A stretch of DNA of 64,000 nucleotides, taken from positions 860 through 64,859 of the forward strand of contig CAZYIX010000009.1 in NCBI GenBank assembly GCA_964647665.1, read 5' to 3'. Each line of letters opens with the position of its first letter. Position 1 is the stretch's first letter. The stretch comes from an uncultured Candidatus Poseidoniales archaeon. GTDB taxonomy: Archaea; Thermoplasmatota; Poseidoniia; Poseidoniales; Thalassarchaeaceae. The translations under genes were made by a program, and so were the position numbers. Below the pieces are notes generated by a model. That model saw nothing but the letters and a program-made list of their open reading frames with translations, had not been told where the DNA came from and made no database searches. This document shows, one piece after another, positions 57,458-64,000 of this stretch.

Positions 57458-60400
57458 ATGATGAAAACAGGGTCGAGGCGGTCGCAAGTCGTGCGCTCTC
57501 GGCTGTCTGCGGGTCTCCTCGTGCTACTTTTGTTGCAGTCAATGTCGGCGTATGCCTTCGATTCAGTGCCTATTTCAGGTAATATTGTTCTTGTAGAAAA
57601 TCCTGCCGAGGCGGGAGCAAGGGATGCTTGGAATGAGACTCCATTCCGTGATATCGCTGTGTTAGAGCCATTTTCCCATCAGTCGCTGTCAGACTACAGC
57701 GATGTCGCAGTCATCATCAACAACAGGAGTACTGAGAGCCGAACTATCGGCTATGCCTTTGCCGTTGCTCGCAATATTCCGCCGGAACGGGTCCTATTGC
57801 TGACAAATGAGAGCACTCCAACAGCCGAGACAATCAACCCTGAGCAATTCGACGATTACTTCGCTGCACCTATTCTTGAGATGCTTCAGCAACGCAACCT
57901 GACTGAACTGAATGTATTGGTTACCACAATGGGCGTGCCACTTCGGGTGAACGGCGGCACTAATGCTCGAGCAGCTTTCGACAGTGAAATCGCTCTGATA
58001 GGCGGCCCACTGTCTGCATATATCCACGCCAATTGGTGGATAGACTCGGATTACGGCCCTGCCGCTGACAATGAAATGGAGAAGTTCAGCCGAGCCGATC
58101 AGGGCTACTATCTGGTCACACGGCTGACTGGTTATGATGTCGAAACCGCTCTCGCCCTCATCGAAAAGGCAAACAATAGCCTAGGCCAACGCGGTCTCTC
58201 TGTGCTTGACCTAGCAACCAACCGAAATGGCTCTGGCTACAAGTATTGGAACGACTACCTGTATACTACAGATAGCAACTTGAACGCGATGGGTTTGCCC
58301 GTCCACTTCAATCAGAATTCCACATTTATCACCGACATGGATGATGTGATGATGTATGCTTCATGGGGTAGTAACGACGGCTCATGGAATAGCAATTATC
58401 TGCCTAATTCTGGCTTCGACACAGCCGATGTGGCTTGGTCGACAGGTGCCGAGAACTGGCAAGGAGTTGACCCTCAACTTTCTCCGGGCGAGCAGTGGTG
58501 GTGGACCCGGACAACGGAAACCACTCGCAATGGCAACGGCGCGATTGAGGGAAGATTAGATTCAGCGCCCTGTGCTACTGCTGCGGCTGAGAATACCAAC
58601 GGCCTGTTGGCAGAATACTTCGACAACAATGGTGTATCCTACAATAGCAGCCTGATGCCAGATTTAACCGGGCGAACTGTGGATTTCAGCCGCCACGAGG
58701 CCAATATCGACTGGGCGGTGACAGGTGGCATTTGGGCGGGGCTCGACAATCGTTTCAGTGATTACTGGAGTGTTCGACATACCGGTATTCTACATATCCC
58801 AACCGCAGGTAACTGGACCTTCTACCTCGATTCAGATGACGGTGCGAAATTGTGGATTGACGGCGTCGAAGTCGTCGATAATCAAGGCGTCCATGGGATG
58901 AGAGAGATTTCCAACACCACGTGGCTCGCTGCGGGAGAACATCACCTGCGCACCGAGTTCTTTGAGCATGGCGGTCACGCCGGTCTCCACCTCAAGTGGC
59001 AAGGACCGGGTGTGAGCAAGCAGGTGATTCCCACCACTGCATTGACCCGAGGCAGTAGCGACCCTGTTCGCGGAAGCGACCTGATTCATCACTGGACCTT
59101 CGACCACTCAAGTGGTGACGTTGCAACTGACTCTGTGGGTACTGCAGACCTGAACTTCACCGGGACCAACGGAGGCCAATGGCGTGGATGTGTTCTCGGA
59201 AACTGTGCGATCTTCGATGGCGTCAACGACTTTGCCAAGGTCGATGTAAACGACTCGGTTACTGACTTCACCGTCAGTCTGTGGGTGCAGGCTAATCACA
59301 CCGGCCAATCACGTTACTCCTCGGTAATCGCGGTCAACGATGTGGCTGGTGATGACGAGTCTTTCCAAATCATGACAAGTGGAGGCTCTCCCGGTGATTG
59401 GGAGGTATACCACAATGTCTCCTATGGATTTGGTGCAGTGGACCCGACCTATTGGCAGCATCTGGTAGTGACTTTCTCCAATGACACGGTGTATCAGTAC
59501 CTTGATGGCGTCGAGGTTAGAGTGACACCGGTTCCAAATGGGACCATTAACAGTATTGAGTTGTACAAGTTTGGTGTCAATCGCGCTGGTAATACTTACT
59601 ACACGGGTGCGATTGATGAAGTGCAAATATGGGACGCGGCTCTAAGCGAAGAGGAGGTGGCGGATGTCCACGATGAAATCATCTGGATATGCCCATCTTT
59701 CAACTCCACCGGCACACCGACAGCCCATGTTGAGCAAGTATGGGATTTCGGTGCAGAGTTGCAGGGTCATGCTTGGATTCTCTACGGATATTCGATGACT
59801 GAGGGCTGGCTCGAAGGTGACTGGTGGCTGGAGATTGAATCGCTTGATGCAAACGGCTCCACGCTTTCGGTTAACCAGTCAGACAGCCGCGCTTTCTCAG
59901 ATGACTGGCAGTCGCGTACAGTTCGATTCCGACCGCACGAGAATGCCACCCAATTCATCGTTCGGCAGGTTGCCGAGTTGCAAGACGGGACCTACAATGG
60001 CTCGGTATTTTTCGACACACTGAACCTACGCGCGATTCGTCCTCATTTCACTTGGATTGACGGTAGCATTGCCGAGACGGCTGTTAGCACCGGTGGCCGC
60101 TCTTTCAGTTGGGGGACCAGCTACGGCCAGAGTTTGGTCGTAGACCTGCTTGAGGACGGGACTTCAGGTGTCAAGGGATACGTGTACGAGCCCTATCTGG
60201 GAGCGATTTCCGACCCTTCTATCCTGTTGCCAGTATACGCCTCAGGATACACAATGTCAGAGTCCTACGCTGCCTCCAATGTACTGTTATCATGGATGGG
60301 TACTGTGGTTGGCGACCCGAAGATGGCACCTTATGCGGACCTGCTACACGATGTGAATGTCAGCGAGGTGAGGGCACCCGACCGTCTCAGCATAGGGGTG

Positions 60401-62728
60401 ACAGGAACTCTTGAGGTGCTTCTTGAGAATCTCGCACCGGCACAGGCGCATGGATCTCTGGTGGTGCAACAGCGAACTAATGCAGAAGTGATTGCAACAG
60501 TTCCATTGGTAATCCCGGGAGGTAACGATGCGGGGAGTCGGCTGATTTTGTCGGTGAATGTGACTCCTACCCGCTCGGATTATGTTGAATTCGTTGTAGT
60601 TTGGATTCCAACTGACGATAACTCCGAGCGAACCTATGAGAATAACTTCGCGACTTTGAACCATCGAGTGAATACAGCCCCGTCCATCGATTCCATTTCT
60701 TGTTCGACCCTTACCCCCTTCAGAGGTGGCGTGCTGACATGTACTGTCGAGGCTAGCGATGAGTTTGGTGTTACTAGTGCAGAATGGTATTGGTCAGCAT
60801 CGGATGCAACTACGGTAATCAACACCGTGACAGGCTACTCTACCGATGGTGGTCAGACGTGGAGATTCTCGATTTCATTCCCGGAGAACATCAGTCTAGG
60901 CAATGTTTCAACCTCTGTGACTGTTTGGGATGAACAAGGTCTGTTCTTCTCTATCGATGGACCGACTTTAGTGATACATGATGCGGTAGCAACTTGGTTT
61001 GGCCCTCATGTTGCTGGAGTCGATGTAGAGCCATGGGGAGGCACTTCCCAGACTGCTGATTCAGCGACCGGTTTTGTGCGTGGACGCATGCATGTTGTGA
61101 CTACTTGCGTCCTCGACCTTGACCACGACGTGAATAGCCAATCACCACACATCGAGGTAGATGGAGTGGCATTACCTGACACCGCTCTAGTCTCATACAG
61201 CGGAGGTCAGGCCTGCTATGCTACAACATGGACTCCGTTGGCTGGCACTCCGCTCGACGATGTCAAGATGACACTAGCTGAAGGAGGCCAACTCATTCGC
61301 GAGCGTCTCCTGACTCCGATTGACCTCCCACCTACGGTTGAACTGAGTATTCGTGAAGTTGGCAGCGGTGAAGTTCGACATCATCTGAAAGGGCATCAGG
61401 ATGGTATGTTCGTGCTACTTCTTGACGAGGATGACCCGACCGAATTTCCCGGCCTTGAGTTGAGAATCGAATGGCCGGGTTCAGGCCCTCAATCAATGAT
61501 GGTCGATGGGCGGAGCGACGTTACCGGCCTGAGCAGTATTACCGCTGGTCCTGGCCTTGAGCAGGGCGAAGCGACGGTCACAGCACGTATCACCGAGGGC
61601 TCATGGGTCAACATGACTTGGCAGTGGACTTTCTCAGTGATTATCACACCTCCACAGTTGTCCGAGCCAGTTGTTTGCGCAACCGACGCCAGTTCTGACG
61701 AGGTAGTTCGCGGTGAAGCGGCAACGGTTTGGGTTTCTACGCAAGCAGGTCGCTCAATAGATAGAGGACAGGTCATATTAGAGAGAAATAGCAATTCCAT
61801 CAGCACTGTAGTTTCAGTAGTTGTCGGTATCCCTCCTGCACGTTGCACCCCTTCGAGTAACCCGGGTGATATTCATTTGAGATTGGATTTGACCGCTGAT
61901 TGGATTGAGCGTTCTTTCCCATTAGGTACGTCAGAACTCAGCGTGGTGCTCACCGATATTGATGGTCTATCTGGTTCAAGCACCGTTTCTATTGAGGTAG
62001 AAGGGGCTAAGCCAAGCCTAGACCTGTCCGCATTGCCCTTGGCAGTAGTCGGTGGAAAAGGGCAGTTGTTGATTATCGGAATCGAGGATGCAGACGGGTT
62101 TGCAGGTACTGTCTGCGACATTCTACTCATTGATGACGATGGGTTGACACGAATTTCGGATTCATGGGTGCCGGATGAAACCGGTGTGCATTTTGTTGAG
62201 TGGCAACCGCCTAAGATAGACCTTTCACCTTACTATTTGGAAGTGGGATGTCTGGATGGTGACGGGCATGCAGTAGGTGCTGAATGGTCATTTTCTCATA
62301 ATGAGGCGCCCTCTGAAAATGAAACTGATGAGGGTGAGGGTGAAGACGACCTCAGCGTGTCAAAGGGCTTGGCAATCGGTTCAGCAGCATTAGTCGTGCT
62401 TCTGGTCATTATCATTGGAACGACGGCTCTACTCATTTCATTGCGTAGAGGTGAACCAGAGCAGGAAATGTTCGACGATGAACTTCCTGTAGACGCTTGG
62501 AGTCAATCGGCAGGCGAGATCTCAGACGAGATTATTGCTGAGATGGCCGGTATCGATGCACCAGCTGAGGGTCCCTCAACTGAGAATGAAAAGGTACTCG
62601 ACATCCTAGAAGCAGAGGACGAACCAGAGGAGAATACTGACGAGGAAGTCGACGTGCTATTGACTGTTGAAGCAGTTGAAGTTGATGACGTGGAGGAGCC
62701 CTCAGACGACACCTCTGAGTCAGAATGA
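57458..62728 (+). CDS. giant secreted cell-surface protein (about 1757 aa) with PA14-like and LamG-like domains, Ig-like repeats, C-terminal TM anchor and acidic tail
   Basis: Signal peptide 'MMKTGSRRSQVVRSRLSAGLLVLLLLQSMSAYA'; PA14-like 'YFDNNGVSYN...WSVRHTGILHIPTAGNWTFYLDSDDGAKLWIDGVEVVDN'; LamG-like 'AIFDGVNDFAKVD...FTVSLWVQAN...WQHLVVTFSNDTVYQYLDGVEV'; C-terminal TM 'LAIGSAALVVLLVIIIGTTALLISL' then a D/E-rich tail. Confidence 0.75.
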   Translation: MMKTGSRRSQVVRSRLSAGLLVLLLLQSMSAYAFDSVPISGNIVLVENPAEAGARDAWNETPFRDIAVLEPFSHQSLSDYSDVAVIINNRSTESRTIGYAFAVARNIPPERVLLLTNESTPTAETINPEQFDDYFAAPILEMLQQRNLTELNVLVTTMGVPLRVNGGTNARAAFDSEIALIGGPLSAYIHANWWIDSDYGPAADNEMEKFSRADQGYYLVTRLTGYDVETALALIEKANNSLGQRGLSVLDLATNRNGSGYKYWNDYLYTTDSNLNAMGLPVHFNQNSTFITDMDDVMMYASWGSNDGSWNSNYLPNSGFDTADVAWSTGAENWQGVDPQLSPGEQWWWTRTTETTRNGNGAIEGRLDSAPCATAAAENTNGLLAEYFDNNGVSYNSSLMPDLTGRTVDFSRHEANIDWAVTGGIWAGLDNRFSDYWSVRHTGILHIPTAGNWTFYLDSDDGAKLWIDGVEVVDNQGVHGMREISNTTWLAAGEHHLRTEFFEHGGHAGLHLKWQGPGVSKQVIPTTALTRGSSDPVRGSDLIHHWTFDHSSGDVATDSVGTADLNFTGTNGGQWRGCVLGNCAIFDGVNDFAKVDVNDSVTDFTVSLWVQANHTGQSRYSSVIAVNDVAGDDESFQIMTSGGSPGDWEVYHNVSYGFGAVDPTYWQHLVVTFSNDTVYQYLDGVEVRVTPVPNGTINSIELYKFGVNRAGNTYYTGAIDEVQIWDAALSEEEVADVHDEIIWICPSFNSTGTPTAHVEQVWDFGAELQGHAWILYGYSMTEGWLEGDWWLEIESLDANGSTLSVNQSDSRAFSDDWQSRTVRFRPHENATQFIVRQVAELQDGTYNGSVFFDTLNLRAIRPHFTWIDGSIAETAVSTGGRSFSWGTSYGQSLVVDLLEDGTSGVKGYVYEPYLGAISDPSILLPVYASGYTMSESYAASNVLLSWMGTVVGDPKMAPYADLLHDVNVSEVRAPDRLSIGVTGTLEVLLENLAPAQAHGSLVVQQRTNAEVIATVPLVIPGGNDAGSRLILSVNVTPTRSDYVEFVVVWIPTDDNSERTYENNFATLNHRVNTAPSIDSISCSTLTPFRGGVLTCTVEASDEFGVTSAEWYWSASDATTVINTVTGYSTDGGQTWRFSISFPENISLGNVSTSVTVWDEQGLFFSIDGPTLVIHDAVATWFGPHVAGVDVEPWGGTSQTADSATGFVRGRMHVVTTCVLDLDHDVNSQSPHIEVDGVALPDTALVSYSGGQACYATTWTPLAGTPLDDVKMTLAEGGQLIRERLLTPIDLPPTVELSIREVGSGEVRHHLKGHQDGMFVLLLDEDDPTEFPGLELRIEWPGSGPQSMMVDGRSDVTGLSSITAGPGLEQGEATVTARITEGSWVNMTWQWTFSVIITPPQLSEPVVCATDASSDEVVRGEAATVWVSTQAGRSIDRGQVILERNSNSISTVVSVVVGIPPARCTPSSNPGDIHLRLDLTADWIERSFPLGTSELSVVLTDIDGLSGSSTVSIEVEGAKPSLDLSALPLAVVGGKGQLLIIGIEDADGFAGTVCDILLIDDDGLTRISDSWVPDETGVHFVEWQPPKIDLSPYYLEVGCLDGDGHAVGAEWSFSHNEAPSENETDEGEGEDDLSVSKGLAIGSAALVVLLVIIIGTTALLISLRRGEPEQEMFDDELPVDAWSQSAGEISDEIIAEMAGIDAPAEGPSTENEKVLDILEAEDEPEENTDEEVDVLLTVEAVEVDDVEEPSDDTSESE

Positions 62729-62786
62729 ACTGATTGGCTTCAGCGAATCATTGAAATTGGCTTCCACTTCGGCCACATCGGTCAAC

Positions 62787-63020
62787 ATGGCAATCGGATA
62801 CGTGCTAATCAACGTCGCTCCAGGGACAGAATTTGAAGTCTATCAGAAAACTAGTTCGATAGAATCGGTAATCGATGCAACACTTTTGTTCGGAGATTAT
62901 GACATAATTCTCAAATTAGAAAGTAGTAATTTGGGAAAAATAGCTGCAGTTGTTGTTGAGAATATCCGCCAAATTGAAGGCGTTGTAGACACCAAAACTC
63001 TCGCTGGAGCAGAACTCTGA
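62787..63020 (+). CDS. stand-alone Lrp/AsnC C-terminal (RAM) ligand-binding domain protein
   Basis: 'MAIGYVLINVAPGTEFEVYQK...DYDIILKLESSNLGKIAAVVVENIRQIEGVVDTKT' beta-alpha-beta-beta-alpha-beta RAM-domain pattern, no HTH; internal ATG taken as start. Confidence 0.6.
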   Translation: MAIGYVLINVAPGTEFEVYQKTSSIESVIDATLLFGDYDIILKLESSNLGKIAAVVVENIRQIEGVVDTKTLAGAEL

Positions 63021-63254
63021 GCGACCTATGGAGCAGTGCTTTGAATGGGCAGTCTTGCCCCAACAATTTTGTTATTATTTATTTTAAGATTATAAAAGAT
63101 GTAAAAAACACACCGAATCGTTGCACCTCAAGCCTATGTTCAGAACTGTTCCTCGACCGTTGTACTGCACCCCCTATGCGGCGCAGTATCGCGGTTTTCC
63201 GGCGTAACCCTTAAGATAGGTTGGAAGACCGTAAATGTCCGGAGGTAGAACCTC

Positions 63255-63524
63255 ATGGGAGATAAGAAGTACTTCGTCCTGATGGAAGGAGGCAATGACA
63301 CGAGCCAGGTTTTCGCGAGCAGACAGCCGCGAGGAGCAGCTCTGAAAGCGGCAACGCGTGGACACACGAACATCAATCTGCGTGAGCGCGGCACCAAGCG
63401 GGTGCACGTGTTCACCGGATCGACTGAGATGGTGACCCCACCAGCGTCGGCCCCAGCCTGGCTCAAGGCTAAGGGTAAGATCAAGAAAGCCAATGTCAGA
63501 AAGGTCCGCGTCGACCACCTCTGA
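63255..63524 (+). CDS. archaeal chromatin protein MC1
   Basis: 'KKYFVLMEGGNDTSQVFASRQPRGAALKAATRGHTNINLRERGTKRVHVF' closely follows the MC1 consensus (..FVLR..G.E.GVFTGKQPRQAALKAANRG...I.LRERGTKKVHVF); SD 'ggaggt' 8 nt upstream of the ATG. Confidence 0.8.
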   Translation: MGDKKYFVLMEGGNDTSQVFASRQPRGAALKAATRGHTNINLRERGTKRVHVFTGSTEMVTPPASAPAWLKAKGKIKKANVRKVRVDHL

Positions 63525-63568
63525 TATTGCTCACTAGATTTGACCTGATCAAACACCGATGACAACAA

Positions 63569-63620
63569 GGCCCGAATCGGGGCGGCTTCGGCTGCCCCAT
63601 TCGGGCCAATTTTTTTGTTT
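63569..63620. terminator. bidirectional intrinsic-type terminator between convergent MC1 and sdhB genes
   Basis: GC hairpin ggcccgaatcggggcggc-ttcg-gctgccccattcgggcc followed by aattttttt-g-ttt; oligo-T tracts are the archaeal termination signal. Confidence 0.55.
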
Positions 63621-63630
63621 CGGAATGCTA

Positions 63631-64000
63631 TTACTTACGCAACCCGACTTTCTTGGCGATGATAGCCAACGGGTCGTAAAATTCTGTTACGACTCTTTCC
63701 TTGAGTGGAATAATTGCATTGTCGGTGATGTTTATTCCTGCCGGACAGACCTCTGTGCAGCAGCGAGTGATGTTACAGTAGCCAATACCAAATTCCTCCT
63801 TCACCATTGGAATTCTGTCAGAGGTATCTAGTGGATGCATCTCAAGATCTGCCAGACGAACGAAGAATCTCGGGCCAGCGAATTCATCGAACAACTGGTG
63901 CTCACGCATTACGTGACATGTGTTGACACACAACATACACTCAATGCAAGAACGGAATTCCTGCAGTCGGTCCGCTTCCTCTTGATGGAATACCCAATCC
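63631..64000 (-). CDS. sdhB: succinate dehydrogenase/fumarate reductase iron-sulfur subunit, C-terminal part (gene runs off the window edge)
   Basis: 'CIECMLCVNTC' and 'GYCNITRCCTEVCPAGINI' Fe-S cluster cysteine motifs; reading frame stays open to position 64000. Confidence 0.7.
   Translation of the reverse strand, partial: DWVFHQEEADRLQEFRSCIECMLCVNTCHVMREHQLFDEFAGPRFFVRLADLEMHPLDTSDRIPMVKEEFGIGYCNITRCCTEVCPAGINITDNAIIPLKERVVTEFYDPLAIIAKKVGLRK

Noticed and set aside
56542-62728. tRNA-Gly followed by macro-domain and giant surface-protein genes, considered as an integrated element at a tRNA.
   Set aside because: No integrase, no direct repeat of the tRNA 3' end, no phage or plasmid genes; the content looks chromosomal.

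Overview
Archaeal chromosomal segment, about 50-53% GC, densely coding on both strands, with no transposases, integrases or CRISPR arrays seen. Lineage call is inference only: the conserved archaeal block L7Ae-S28e-L24e-NDK-aIF5B, chromatin protein MC1, Hjc, deoxyhypusine synthase, tRNAs without encoded CCA, plus bacterial-type UvrB and a CcmF-like protein, suggest a mesophilic euryarchaeon of the methanogen/haloarchaeon-related group with an acid-leaning proteome. Core content: a P1B heavy-metal ATPase with ArsR regulator, a translation and ribosomal cluster, a MoxR ATPase next to a ParA/SegA-like partition pair, and a UbiD-UbiA-SDR-geranylgeranyl-reductase prenylquinone-like cluster. There is also a methylcrotonyl-CoA-carboxylase-like leucine-catabolic operon (carboxyltransferase, enoyl-CoA hydratase, biotin carboxylase, BCCP), SerRS, FolC, dCMP deaminase, an Lhr helicase and two tRNAs (Ile-GAT, Gly-CCC). 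Between about 47 and 63 kb lies a surface-proteome island: two giant secreted proteins of roughly 1700 aa, each with a C-terminal TM anchor and poly-acidic tail, flanked by signal peptidase I and an M50 site-2 protease. Most notable for follow-up: (1) a 560-bp AT-rich divergent intergenic region with at least 8 CAATTG palindromes, and a recurring GAATTATYCAATTGGAAA-like motif elsewhere; (2) a presenilin/SPP-like intramembrane aspartyl protease (YD...GLGD) carrying a roughly 450-aa extracytoplasmic insertion; (3) a TSP3-repeat surface protein whose cytoplasmic tail carries an eukaryote-like SAP/HeH motif; (4) a 900-aa ER/K-rich single-helix protein with a PEVK-like PEPE repeat; (5) five proteins ending exactly in EEE-COOH; (6) tight C-run/G-run hairpins abutting start codons. 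All protein calls rest on motifs read directly from the supplied translations; no database search was run.
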